NCBI GenBank assembly: GCA_963837955.1
Contig: CAWIPH010000001.1
Span: 384,001-448,000, forward strand
DNA: 64,000 bases
Direction of reading: 5' to 3'
DNA from: an uncultured Verrucomicrobiae bacterium
GTDB taxonomy: Bacteria > Verrucomicrobiota > Verrucomicrobiia > Chthoniobacterales > JAFAMB01
Shown here: positions 34,001 through 44,110 of the stretch, one piece after another
Numbering within the stretch: position 1 is the first letter of the stretch
Layout of the letters: each line of letters starts with the position of its first letter
Position numbers and translations under genes: made by a program
Notes under the pieces: model-generated
Told to the model about the DNA's origin: nothing
Seen by the model: only the letters and a program-made list of their open reading frames with translations
Databases searched by the model: none

Positions 34001-34243
34001 AGCGGCGAAGCCGCGATTCAGGATAGCCTAGCCTGCAGGGCTAGGACGGGCATAAGGAAATGGTCAGCGCGCTGAAAGTGCGTTTTCAAAGCCAGACCGC
34101 CAATTTCTCTGTTGACGAGATTCGATACCATCACAAAATCCGCGTTCAGACCTACCTTGAAACGCACCTTCAGTGCTGATCACCTTCTTATGCGAGCACC
34201 TAGCCCTGCGGGCTAGGCTATCTTGAAACGCACCTTCGGCGCT
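34001..34243. repeat. Large imperfect inverted repeat with nested hairpins
   Basis: ~90-nt arms sharing GATAGCCTAGCC(T/C)GCAGGGCTAGG and GAA(A/G)GTGCGTTT. Confidence 0.8.
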
Positions 34244-34380
34244 CTCTTGCTCGATAGTCCCAATTCGCCCCACACCTCCGCCTGACGACTCACTCACAGC
34301 GCAGCGCAAGCGAGCGCGCGGACAAGAAAGGCAAGTCCGTTGAATCCGCGCCGTTGAGCGGATCCGGAGGATTGGCTCAT

Positions 34381-34908
34381 AGCCAGCACCACTCCCTGCG
34401 AGACTGACAGTTTGCCGATTGGACAGTCCGAAATACGGGATTCCCATCTTCGGAAATCCGCCGTCCTGAGCGGATCGGAGTTGGAGTCAGAAGAACACGT
34501 CCTATTCGTCCTGCACCCGGCGCGGGCCGAGAAAGGCGACCTCCTTTGACCGTTACGCCGACGCGGGTAGCGATCTTGCGGTGTGATTCCTAGCTACTAA
34601 CTATGTACGTCATTCCACGTATATACCGACAGCGTACATGCCTTTAGACTATTTGAGGAGGAGACCTGATGGCTGTTCGCCAACCTCGACTACCGCTCGG
34701 TTTCACGAAGCCAAGCGTACTATAATGAATAATCCTCAAGCCAGCACCACTCCCTGCGAGACTGACAGTTTGCCGATTGGACAGTCCGAAATACGGGATT
34801 CCCATCTTCGGAAATCCGCCGTCCTGAGCAGATCGGGGTTGGAGTCAGAAGAACACGTCCTATTCGTCCTGCACCCGGCACAGGCCGAGAAAGGCGACCT
34901 CCTTTGAC
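34381..34908 (+). repeat. 170-bp direct duplication (34381-34550 and 34739-34908)
   Basis: By eye the copies differ at 4 positions; period 358 bp. Confidence 0.95.
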
Positions 34909-34909
34909 A

Positions 34910-35359
34910 ATGAAGACACCACATCCGACTCTCGCCGCAAAAGCGCCGGTTCCTGTCGACGCCCGGAGTAACGTCCGCACCTGGAATCGCCGCTGGTTGG
35001 ATCTGGCGGTTGGTTCGGCTACGCTAGTCCTGAGTCTGTTCGTCGGGGAACAGGCCAAGGTCTGGTTGCACGTGCCGATTCCCGGTAATGTGTTGGGGCT
35101 CTTTATTCTTTTGCTCTGTTTCCGCCTCGGGTTAATCTCGCCCCGGCTGATCGAGGAGGCGTCGAGCCGGCTCCTGTTCGTTCTACCTGCCCTTTTTATT
35201 CCAATCTACGTATCGGCGATCGGCCAAGGACAACTTTGGTCCCAACTCGGTTGGGTGCTTTTGCCGGCGCTCCTGGTTGCCACCGTCTGGCTCTGGATCT
35301 TTGTCGGCCATCTGGCGCAGCGGCTTTTGCGGTGCAACAACCCTGTTCAAAATGGATAA
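34910..35359 (+). CDS. CidA/LrgA-family membrane protein
   Basis: PIPGNVLGLFILL, LLFVLPALFIP; overlaps the start of the lrgB-family gene. Confidence 0.9.
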   Translation: MKTPHPTLAAKAPVPVDARSNVRTWNRRWLDLAVGSATLVLSLFVGEQAKVWLHVPIPGNVLGLFILLLCFRLGLISPRLIEEASSRLLFVLPALFIPIYVSAIGQGQLWSQLGWVLLPALLVATVWLWIFVGHLAQRLLRCNNPVQNG

Positions 35360-36056
35360 CTTTTTTGGGACGGTGCTTTGGGCCGGTGTTACCCTGGCCG
35401 CCTTCTTCTTGTTGCGGCGTATCTTCCTCGCGCTTAAGCACCCCCTTTTACACCCGATTCTCTGGTCCACCTTGGCGGTAGTGCTTCTTTTGGCCATATC
35501 CGGTCACCCGATTGCTGCATACCGGCAGGAGTCCGCCCCCCTCGTTTGGCTTCTGGGGCCAGCAGTTGTCGCGATGGCCGTGCCGATTTGGCAACGCAGA
35601 GAATTGATCCTCTCGAATTGGCGTGCACTGTTGTTGATTGTTCTCGCGGGGATTGCTTTTTCGGCGATTAGCATGCTAGCGCTCGCTCCGTTCTGTGGCT
35701 GGAGAGCGGCTAAGAGTCTCGTGCCTAAGTCGGTGACCGCTCCGGTCGCGTTAGGCGTTATCAGGGAAGCCTCGGAAGGAAGACCGCCTGAAGGTCAATT
35801 GCTAGAGTCGCTCGTCGCCGTCGGCGTAATGGTCTCGGCTCTCTCCGGGGCTCTCCTCGGCCCGGTCGTGCTGCGTTCGACTGGAGTACGTGATGTCCGC
35901 GCCGTCGGTTTGGCTCTGGGATGCGCAAGCCACGGAGTGGGTACAGCTCGCGCCTTTGAGGTCGATCCTACCGCTGGCGCGTTTGCATCGGTGGGTATGA
36001 GCTTAACTGCGGTCTGCGCAGCCTTCGTTCTGCCTTGGATTCTGCGCCTGATGTAG
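35352..36056 (+). CDS. LrgB/CidB-family membrane protein
   Basis: LLGPAVVAMAVP, PKSVTAPVA, GCASHGVGTARA; start set at ATG 35352. Confidence 0.93.
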   Translation: MDNFFGTVLWAGVTLAAFFLLRRIFLALKHPLLHPILWSTLAVVLLLAISGHPIAAYRQESAPLVWLLGPAVVAMAVPIWQRRELILSNWRALLLIVLAGIAFSAISMLALAPFCGWRAAKSLVPKSVTAPVALGVIREASEGRPPEGQLLESLVAVGVMVSALSGALLGPVVLRSTGVRDVRAVGLALGCASHGVGTARAFEVDPTAGAFASVGMSLTAVCAAFVLPWILRLM

Positions 36057-36313
36057 GACCGACGCTTTTCTTGCGTCTACCTCCCCAACCTGTTAATCGA
36101 ACATTTCAATCAAGTTGGCTGAGCGCGAACGCACAAATTGAACGCTCGCATAACGGTTCGATCTGTCGCGTTCTTCAGCGCCCTTCAGGTCTGCAGCCTA
36201 GACACCTGGATCTTCGGCAAATGCTCGAGCGGCAGCGGGAGTACGACTTAAAGCTCCTTGGCGGCTGCTCTAGCACGAACGATCGCCATATCGAGGCAAT
36301 TGCCCAGATTCGT

Positions 36314-37195
36314 TCATAGGCAACGCCAACTGAACCGGTCGTGATCACTTTCGACGAGTCCGGCAGAGCTTCCGGGGAAGTGCGAGCTGAAAAATAGGGC
36401 GTGCCGTTCAGCCGCGCGCTCGATTGCCCAAAGGCGCGAGAGGCGTCCACGTTCAGGGGAGACGCTGAAAACAGAACTCCAGTCCGGACGATACACTTGG
36501 ACCGGAAGATGCATGATATCGCCGCCGAACAGGGCTTCTTCGCCACGCGATTTTAAGCTGATGGACATGTGACCGACACTGTGTCCCGGTGTGGGATTAA
36601 AGACCAGACCATCGATAAACTCGTTGCCATCTGCTTCGATCATCTCGGCCTGCCCGGCCTCGATAACAGGCAGAACACTGTCTTCGTAAAGAGCGAAATT
36701 GGGTCGGTCACGCCCTCCCGGACCGGAAAAATATTCGTCCTCGACCTTTGCGAAAACATACTTTGCATTAGGGAAAGTTGGGACCCACCGACCATTCAAG
36801 AACCGGGTGTTCCAGCCGACATGATCGGTATGTAAATGGGTCAGGAGGACATAGTCCACCGCTTCAGGCGTTACACCGGCAGCCGCGAGCCGTTCGAGAA
36901 AGGGCTCATGGAGGTGGTCGAAAGAGGGAAGCTTACGCTTCTTGTCATTGCCGATCCCGGTGTCGACTAACATCGTATGTGCCTCAGTCTTTAACACCCA
37001 GGTGTGCGTGCTCAGAACCACGTGCTGGTGGGTATGATCCCAACAAGCTGAAGACATCCATTCCTGATGCTCTTGCACGGCAGCTGGATCCCATTCTGGC
37101 AAAAGATATTCCGGCGTGAAGTCGACGATGAGCTTCTCCAGGACCCGAGTAATGGTCACGTCACCCACCCTGTAAGTTACCGGGCTTTCGGCCAT
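36314..37195 (-). CDS. MBL-fold metallo-hydrolase (lactonase-like)
   Basis: LVDTGIG, THLHTDHVGWN, TPGHSVGH, GDIMH. Confidence 0.93.
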   Translation of the reverse strand: MAESPVTYRVGDVTITRVLEKLIVDFTPEYLLPEWDPAAVQEHQEWMSSACWDHTHQHVVLSTHTWVLKTEAHTMLVDTGIGNDKKRKLPSFDHLHEPFLERLAAAGVTPEAVDYVLLTHLHTDHVGWNTRFLNGRWVPTFPNAKYVFAKVEDEYFSGPGGRDRPNFALYEDSVLPVIEAGQAEMIEADGNEFIDGLVFNPTPGHSVGHMSISLKSRGEEALFGGDIMHLPVQVYRPDWSSVFSVSPERGRLSRLWAIERAAERHALFFSSHFPGSSAGLVESDHDRFSWRCL

Positions 37196-37397
37196 GATAT
37201 CGATTCAGTAGAACCGAAGCGTGCCAAGATCAATCGCGATAGTAATATCGAATTGCGGTCATATTCGAGCTGCCCTGGATCTCGCGATCCTGATGCCGTC
37301 CGAGCCTCCGAAAAACGACCGATGAAACGCCGCGGATCCGTGGAGTGTTGGTGTCAGGAGGCAGTTCGTGGTGCAAAACAAAGCGGGCGATCCGGCT

Positions 37398-38354
37398 TTA
37401 CAACGATTTTGTGTAGTAGGTAGCCGACGCGGAATAGCCGATCGCTTCATAAAAGTCGCTCGCTCTTCGGGTAGCGACACAGACGAGCTTGTATCGTCGA
37501 TTAGCCGTCCAGCACTCGAAATCGGCCATCAACAATTTGCCGATCCCGGTGCGACGGTGCTCAGGTCTCACAAACAGTTCTTGCACCCAACCCACTGTTC
37601 CATTCGCGTAGAATGTCTGTTGGCTAGTTCCAAGAAGATAACCAATAATCTTGCCTGATTTTTCGGCGACAGCCAGATAGGCGTCCGGGTTTTGAAGGAC
37701 TTCTTGGAAAGAATCCGTGAATGCTTCCCGTTCAACGACAAAAGAGGTTGCCAGCTGACAGGCGAGTTCCAAGACAGCATCTCTATCGTTCTTTGTCACG
37801 GAGCGGACTGAAACCAATGATTGGTGTGCAGATTCTGCCGCTTGGCCTTTAGCGATTTCCGCCTGGACTAACTGATTGCCTGCATCGACTTCCTTGCCGA
37901 TGTCCGATCTGGCGGACGATCCGCTCAGCGGCTCAATATCCAGTTCCGCAAGCCACTCGATCGCGTAACGGGCCAATGCTTCATCATGAAACTTGTGCCA
38001 CTGTTTTTGCGCGGCCTCGTTTTCGTGCAGTGCATCCTTGAAGCGTCGAAAAGGTTTCGGACCACCCAATGACCACTCAAGCTTTTCTCGCAGTCGCGAC
38101 GGCCGCATAGTTTCGACGAAGTCCTGCATAATTCGAAATCCATCGTGAGAATCGATTGTCTCAATCTGGACGAAACGGTCGTCGGCATCCTCTTCGATTT
38201 GTTCCCGTAGTTCGTCTTGTTCTTCCAGATCTTCAGTTAAGAAAATCACATCGCCAGTCTGCCGATCGAACCAGTAAGTGTGAAGACCTAGCCCGCCATC
38301 GTAGTCTTCGAGAGCCAATTGCAGTTCGCCTAAATCGACAGGCAGTTTCTTCAT
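37398..38354 (-). CDS. UPF0158-family domain fused to a GNAT acetyltransferase
   Basis: N-terminus YWFDRQTGDVI...GFRIMQDFV...GPKPFRRFKDAL; C-terminus ELFVRPEHRRTGIGKLLM...FYEAIGY. Confidence 0.8.
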   Translation of the reverse strand: MKKLPVDLGELQLALEDYDGGLGLHTYWFDRQTGDVIFLTEDLEEQDELREQIEEDADDRFVQIETIDSHDGFRIMQDFVETMRPSRLREKLEWSLGGPKPFRRFKDALHENEAAQKQWHKFHDEALARYAIEWLAELDIEPLSGSSARSDIGKEVDAGNQLVQAEIAKGQAAESAHQSLVSVRSVTKNDRDAVLELACQLATSFVVEREAFTDSFQEVLQNPDAYLAVAEKSGKIIGYLLGTSQQTFYANGTVGWVQELFVRPEHRRTGIGKLLMADFECWTANRRYKLVCVATRRASDFYEAIGYSASATYYTKSL

Positions 38355-38545
38355 GGAGGTGCTCTTCGCTGGATCTCGGGAAACTTGGCTAGAAGACGCA
38401 GGAAATGCAAGGTTGGCCAGGCTGATCGTTTGGGCGACGAAAACGCTAAAGCTACGGAGGACGCGTTGGCGTGCACTAGTGATTAGGTTGGAGCGTTTTT
38501 GCGCGATGTGATTCGCGTGCGCATGGCGGCGCGAATGTCAATCCT

Positions 38546-40111
38546 TCAGTCCCAGTTCTTCAGCTTGGGCCACATCTCATTGAGGGGCCATTTCAGGTCC
38601 CGACAATAGAACACGTCAAAGTGCTCGGAGGGCATAGAATAGGGATGATAAACATTCGCTACCCTCGTCACGCTTGCGAAAAGGTCCTCGAGTCGGCCTT
38701 GCCGATCGTCCAGTACGATTACGCTCTCGCCGGTAAAGCCGCGAGGTCCCCAGAAGAAGTAGTTCTGATGGCCGCTGATGGCCTTTGGTAATCCGAACTT
38801 AGCACCGAAAAAGTCAATCGCCCCAGCCTGGCCGTAGTTCTGCGCGAAGATCGCAGTTTTGGCGCGAGCATCGGCAGAGAGGCCGTTGTATACGCGTGCT
38901 ACCGTGGCCACCATCTCCTCCCATCCGAACTGGTCGGCGTAAATCTGAGGTAGCGGGCCGAGCTTCCGATTTTCGATTGCAGGTTGCTGGAAATGAAGCG
39001 CTTTCGAATATCGAATGTAAGTGTGAACTGACAGCACTGGTACCGCGAACGGAGCGATCAAAGCGCCAGAGAGGATCATCAGGACTGGATAACCATACTT
39101 TATCCATTTGAGTTTCGGCCGCGCCAACCACGCTTCCCACATGACGCCTCCGGCCCCAAATAAGATCGGATACGCTGGGTACAGATAATATACGCGCGGG
39201 TCCAATAGCAGAATGACGCCGGCCGTAAATAGCCAGGCAAAGCCGAACACGCGAAACGAACTGCCAGCTTTACTGAATAGATAAAACCAAAGCCCCGCCA
39301 GCCAGATCGGCAGCGTCATTGGATGCATCGACAAAATTTCCTGACCAAAAAACGAAAGTGGCGTGAGATCCACGTTGCGGCCGCTGCGGCGGATATTCGC
39401 CTGTAGTTCCAAAAAGGGGAAGTGATGTTGATAGTTCCAGATCAGATTTGGAAGGAAGATCAGGAAAGCAAGCAGGCCGCCGATCCAGATCCACGGTGTC
39501 CGGAACCATTGGCGTTGCCGCGTGAACAGCAGGCCGGCGGTGATAGCGGCGCCCCAGATCAGCATCGAGTGTTTATTCTCAAGGCCGATCCCCGCTAGAA
39601 GCCCAAACCAAATCCACAGTTTCTGATTTTCGGTTTTGATGATGCGGATTAACACATACGCGCAGCCGGTCCAAATCAGCGCCTCGAACGAGTTCATCGA
39701 CAGCAGGCTGTCGATCGCGAGAAAGCCCGGCGCGACAAGGACGGCCAAAGCGGCCAAAATCTGCGCAAATCGGTTTCCTCCCAGTTCGCGGGCAATAGTG
39801 GCGGTTAGGAGAACTTTTCCTGCTCCGGCTAAGGCAGAGAAAAACCGGATGGCTTGCAGGGAATCACCAAACAATAAACGAACGATCTTGGTGATCAGCG
39901 CTACCATCGGCGGTTGGTCTACGTAGCCCCAATCGAGATGATCACTGCACGCGATGTAGTACAGTTCGTCAATGAAGTAGCCGTAATTGCGGCTTGCGTA
40001 CAAGTGGACGAGCAGCTTGGTCGCTACAATTGAGAAAAGAACAATCGTGCCAACGTCCACCGACCAGCGGTTCTGCCTTATGGTTACGTTCAGCGGATAG
40101 TCCTGTTGCAT
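38546..40111 (-). CDS. Glycosyltransferase family 39 (ArnT/PMT-like) membrane protein
   Basis: YGYFIDELYY, WGYVDQPP, GIGLENK, multiple TM helices. Confidence 0.9.
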   Translation of the reverse strand: MQQDYPLNVTIRQNRWSVDVGTIVLFSIVATKLLVHLYASRNYGYFIDELYYIACSDHLDWGYVDQPPMVALITKIVRLLFGDSLQAIRFFSALAGAGKVLLTATIARELGGNRFAQILAALAVLVAPGFLAIDSLLSMNSFEALIWTGCAYVLIRIIKTENQKLWIWFGLLAGIGLENKHSMLIWGAAITAGLLFTRQRQWFRTPWIWIGGLLAFLIFLPNLIWNYQHHFPFLELQANIRRSGRNVDLTPLSFFGQEILSMHPMTLPIWLAGLWFYLFSKAGSSFRVFGFAWLFTAGVILLLDPRVYYLYPAYPILFGAGGVMWEAWLARPKLKWIKYGYPVLMILSGALIAPFAVPVLSVHTYIRYSKALHFQQPAIENRKLGPLPQIYADQFGWEEMVATVARVYNGLSADARAKTAIFAQNYGQAGAIDFFGAKFGLPKAISGHQNYFFWGPRGFTGESVIVLDDRQGRLEDLFASVTRVANVYHPYSMPSEHFDVFYCRDLKWPLNEMWPKLKNWD

Positions 40112-40140
40112 TTGTGCGCCTTGTCTCGCTTCCGTTCATC

Positions 40141-41256
40141 TTACGTTTGTGCACTGTCTGATTGGCACGATGCGCCGTAGATATTTGTTAGGCGACGCAT
40201 GCGCTGACAATTTTGCGTAACGTCAGTACTATCGACAAATTGATCTACGGAGCCTAGGCAGCTGATTTCTTTGAGTAGTGATGTACTGAGAGTTTCGGTC
40301 AGCGCATCTTTGAAGCGATGGGCATTAATTACGTTGAATGGTCGACCGAAATAGGTTGATACGCGCGGTTCAACCACCGTCGTTATGCCGAGACCGTTGT
40401 GTATTTCAGCGATGGCTTCGTAAGCAGAGATCAGCCGCCGTTCGCGCGTGTGCCAGTCTGAGGCGTGCATCACGGCAGTAAGCGTTGGTCCAAGTGCTGC
40501 GCTAATAGTCAGCCGAGCGAAAGCTGTGCCCAGCCATTTGGTGTAGGGCGCGTATTTTCGTTCGAGAAGGAAGCAGAGGCGAATCAACTCGCGTACCAGT
40601 CGGCCGGCGACAATGGCGGATCCAAGCTCGTCGCCCACCTCGCCACACCGCCCGACGAAAGCTTCTTCTTGTGCGATACGTTGCCACTGAGCCGCCATGA
40701 GCGTGCGCCAAATTTCTTCCGGATACCATTCGAGGCGTCGCCTCATTTCTGTGAGGGTACCTAATCCATCATGGTAGACGGCTCCATCCGTGGCTTCCCG
40801 CAGACGCTGTGATGCGATGGAAATCCAATCCATTGTTGTCATCCCCTTCAGTGGGTTGCAGCCGATTTGCGAAATAAAGAATCCCGAGACCGAGTGAATC
40901 TGGACGGAATGGCTGATTGGCCCCGACGCTGTCCCCTGCATCACAGGAACACCGTCATGGGGAGAAGGAACGAAATGTGTAGGAAACCCGCGGAACGATC
41001 TGGGGAGACTCTTTGCTAGAGCCTGTTTCACCGCTGGACCATGTGCATCGACATCAGAGTCCTCCAGAAAGAGTATGACCCGGGGTCCCCACCCGTGATC
41101 CATACTCCGTTCGGTGTCGAATCCTAGGGTTTCAGAGCCATAACCTATAAGCGCTGCGGAATGGGGTAGTCCAGGTGAGTATTCTTCCAAGACTGGCTTT
41201 ACCGCCTCGCGGTAGAACATTTCGCTCAGCTGCAGGCCAGGAATGAACTCAGACAT
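40141..41256 (-). CDS. DUF4037 domain protein (nucleotidyltransferase-like N-terminus)
   Basis: GYGSETLGFDTERSMDHGWGPR, RIAQEEAFVGR, YAPYTKWLG. Confidence 0.88.
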   Translation of the reverse strand: MSEFIPGLQLSEMFYREAVKPVLEEYSPGLPHSAALIGYGSETLGFDTERSMDHGWGPRVILFLEDSDVDAHGPAVKQALAKSLPRSFRGFPTHFVPSPHDGVPVMQGTASGPISHSVQIHSVSGFFISQIGCNPLKGMTTMDWISIASQRLREATDGAVYHDGLGTLTEMRRRLEWYPEEIWRTLMAAQWQRIAQEEAFVGRCGEVGDELGSAIVAGRLVRELIRLCFLLERKYAPYTKWLGTAFARLTISAALGPTLTAVMHASDWHTRERRLISAYEAIAEIHNGLGITTVVEPRVSTYFGRPFNVINAHRFKDALTETLSTSLLKEISCLGSVDQFVDSTDVTQNCQRMRRLTNIYGASCQSDSAQT

Positions 41257-41297
41257 GCTATTCCCACTTTTTCAGCTTCGGCCACTCGTCTAGCTGG

Positions 41298-42143
41298 TTA
41301 GCTGCTCTGTCCCTGTACATGCGCCGCCGAAGGCACTCGCGCGCTTACCACCGGAACCATCCATACCGCGTAGCCGTGAGGATCACGGATATTACTGATC
41401 ATCTGATCGAAGTATGCTACCGCTGACTCTTGAGTGATCGGCGTCAGCTGGCCGATCGACTCAGCGTACCCGTCACGCCAAGCCTCGAGGATAGCGGCAA
41501 ATGTCTCGCGCGGTACCCGCAACGTGTCGATGATGACGTAGTCCAGCGTGATCTCGTCCAGTTTCATGGCGGCGAGCATCCCAAAGATGTTGCGACCGAT
41601 GAAGAGGTCGCTCTGAGTTGCAGATCCAAAGGCAGCCGGCACCACATGCCAAAAATCCCGTGGATCAAGTGTTCCGGGCTGGAAGTGCAGCATCCCGTAG
41701 TCTTCTGGGATCAGATGCAGATAGCCGCCCCGGCGCGTCACCCGCACGAGTTCGGCGATCGCACGCTCGGGATGCGGTATGGAATGAAGGACGTGGCGGC
41801 ATACGGTAAGGTCGAACCTTCGATCACCGGCGCTGAGTTCGAATACACTCTGGTGTTCGAACGCCAGTCGAGGTCCGAGTTCGCTGTAGCGCGACCGTGC
41901 CAGCTCCAAATGGCGATCAACAATGTCGACGCCGAGGACATCGGCTCGCGGAAACAGTGCAGCCAGTCGCGACGCCCCTTCACCTGTGCCGCAGCCGGCA
42001 TCGAGGATTCGGGGTTCAGGCGGAAGAGCATAGCGCCGAAACAACTCCGACTCCTGAGGCCAAATTGCCCGCGCTTGCGCCTCCAGGTTTCGCACCATCG
42101 ACTCATCGGCCATTTGCTTGGCCTGCGGGTTGAGATCGGTCAT
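41298..42143 (-). CDS. Class I SAM-dependent methyltransferase
   Basis: ILDAGCGTGE, FDLTVCRHVLH. Confidence 0.92.
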   Translation of the reverse strand: MTDLNPQAKQMADESMVRNLEAQARAIWPQESELFRRYALPPEPRILDAGCGTGEGASRLAALFPRADVLGVDIVDRHLELARSRYSELGPRLAFEHQSVFELSAGDRRFDLTVCRHVLHSIPHPERAIAELVRVTRRGGYLHLIPEDYGMLHFQPGTLDPRDFWHVVPAAFGSATQSDLFIGRNIFGMLAAMKLDEITLDYVIIDTLRVPRETFAAILEAWRDGYAESIGQLTPITQESAVAYFDQMISNIRDPHGYAVWMVPVVSARVPSAAHVQGQSS

Positions 42144-42364
42144 GTCATTCTGTTGCGTTTACGGGAAATCTACGGACAATTACCCTAAGCGAGTGCTGAA
42201 TGAAAGCGGTCTTCCAGCCAGCAAAGTGATTCATCGATTTGGCGACCTTTTGCCGACCACCCAAGGAGTAAACGAAAAATTGCTAGAGATCAGCTCCTGC
42301 TTTGCCGCAGTTCTCTTCATCAACCCGCTGCGACAGACGGACGAGCAGGAGCTCATCCTACCGG

Positions 42365-44053
42365 CTATTTCAACAGCAACACGATTACCACGCCCCAGAT
42401 CGTGAGGAGCGTATTCGCAACCGCGAAGCAAACCGTGAACCCGAGCGCAGGAACTCGACTCTGGGCCGCGTCCTGAATCACCGACAATGCTGCCGTCGAA
42501 GCGCGCGCACCCGCGCAGGCGCCAAGCAGAACGCCTGGATGCATCCTAAAAACATATTTGCCCATCAGTAGAGCAAGCCACATTGGTACGATCGTCACGA
42601 CAACGCCCGCCGCGAAAAGCATTATTCCTGCGTCGCGCAGCCCTTGAACGAATTGGGGGCCAGCCTGGATTCCTACGACCGCCGCAAACATGGCGAGTCC
42701 CACATTATTGAAAACCCAGAGGCCCGCTTCCGGAATATGCCCAAAATTTGGATGCACGGACCGCAACCACCCGAAGACCAGGCCCGCCAGGAGCGTTCCG
42801 CCGCTGATACTGAGACTGATCGGAATCGTGCCGACGCGAAAGCTGAGCAAGCCGATCAGTGCACCCAGGAATATGCCTATGCCGATGAGCGTGACGTTAC
42901 TCGCGTTGCTTGGGCGAATTGGATAACCAATAAATTTGGCGACCCGTTCAACGTCGCGCTGCGAACCGCTTATGCGCAAGACATCAGCCTTTGCAATTCT
43001 CGTTCCTTTATTGAACGGCATCTCCTGACCCCCGCGGACCAACGCGCGCAAGAACACGCCTCGTGAGCGTTGGTCATGGCCCATTTCGGCAAACTCGCCC
43101 AATGTCTTTCCAGCGACCTCCTTGCGGGTCACCATCACATCCAATGTTTCGCTGGGATAATCGAGCAACCCCGGATCGGATACTTCGACTCCAAATTGAC
43201 TAGCGTCCGCAATTAATGTCTCCGTCCGTGAGGCGATCGCCAGAACGTCCCCCAGGTGGATCGGAGCGTCCGGAGTGCTCTCGACGATCTTACTTCCTTG
43301 CCGCAGCCGCTCGACGAAGAGTCGCTGGTTCGGAAAACGAGACTCGAACTCCGCCACCGTGACTCCGCAATAGGTGGGATCTGTTACTTGATAAGCGCGC
43401 ACACTGATCAGCTGATATGCCGAGTGCACGGAAGGATCCGGTTCGCTCCCACCCATGGCTAATTCCAGCGCCTTGCATTCTGCTGCCAGGTTGACGCCAA
43501 GAATTTTGGGCCCCAGCAAGGCAAGGAAAGCCGAAACACCGGCAGTGCCGAAAATGTAGGTGATCGCAAACGCAATGGACATCGCGTTGATCTGTTGCTG
43601 CTGACTATCAGACGAGCTGTGCAACTGATGGATTGCGTCCGTTGCGACGCCCAACACCGAAGAGACTGTGCAAGCGCCACCGAATACCCCGGCGCCGTAA
43701 CCGACACCCAAGTTCAGGATCCGGGCAGTAAAAAAAGCAGCCGCGAGACAGGCTAGACAAACGAGCACCGCAAAGAGCGCTTGCATCAGACCATCGCTTC
43801 TGAGCCCGTGAAAAAATTGAGGTCCGACTCCGTACCCGACCGCGAAAAGAAAGAATAGAAAAAAGACGGATTTGATCGCGGGCGAGATTGGTACGCCGAG
43901 TTGCCCTATCGCTAAGCCGGTCAGCAACACACCTGTCACCGAGCCCACGCTGAATCCGCCGACCTTCAAGCGACCGATGTAAAATCCGATCGCCAGAGTC
44001 AGGAAAATTGCCAGCTCCGGATATTTTCGCAGCGTGTCGTAAAATGGTTCCAT
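42365..44053 (-). CDS. aspT: Aspartate:alanine exchanger (AAE family) with two TrkA-C domains
   Basis: PELAIFLTLAIG, FAVGYGVGPQFF, YIFGTAG, duplicated YidE/YbjL halves; start set at ATG 44053. Confidence 0.9.
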   Translation of the reverse strand: MEPFYDTLRKYPELAIFLTLAIGFYIGRLKVGGFSVGSVTGVLLTGLAIGQLGVPISPAIKSVFFLFFLFAVGYGVGPQFFHGLRSDGLMQALFAVLVCLACLAAAFFTARILNLGVGYGAGVFGGACTVSSVLGVATDAIHQLHSSSDSQQQQINAMSIAFAITYIFGTAGVSAFLALLGPKILGVNLAAECKALELAMGGSEPDPSVHSAYQLISVRAYQVTDPTYCGVTVAEFESRFPNQRLFVERLRQGSKIVESTPDAPIHLGDVLAIASRTETLIADASQFGVEVSDPGLLDYPSETLDVMVTRKEVAGKTLGEFAEMGHDQRSRGVFLRALVRGGQEMPFNKGTRIAKADVLRISGSQRDVERVAKFIGYPIRPSNASNVTLIGIGIFLGALIGLLSFRVGTIPISLSISGGTLLAGLVFGWLRSVHPNFGHIPEAGLWVFNNVGLAMFAAVVGIQAGPQFVQGLRDAGIMLFAAGVVVTIVPMWLALLMGKYVFRMHPGVLLGACAGARASTAALSVIQDAAQSRVPALGFTVCFAVANTLLTIWGVVIVLLLK

Positions 44054-44110
44054 GTGGGGCGATCGCCAATAGCCAATAGCCGATAGCAAAGAAACAGCAA
44101 CCGCCCCATT

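Noticed and set aside
34381..34550. Cobalamin riboswitch in the duplicated unit (GAGTCAGAAGA resembles a B12 box)
   Set aside because: No GGGAA...GCCACTG core in the expected order.
34660..34740. Fluoride riboswitch (GATGGCTGTTCGCC...TAATGA resemblance)
   Set aside because: It lacks the 5' GGCGA needed to pair with TCGCC and the complementary pseudoknot end. An Infernal search with the crcB/fluoride model would settle it.
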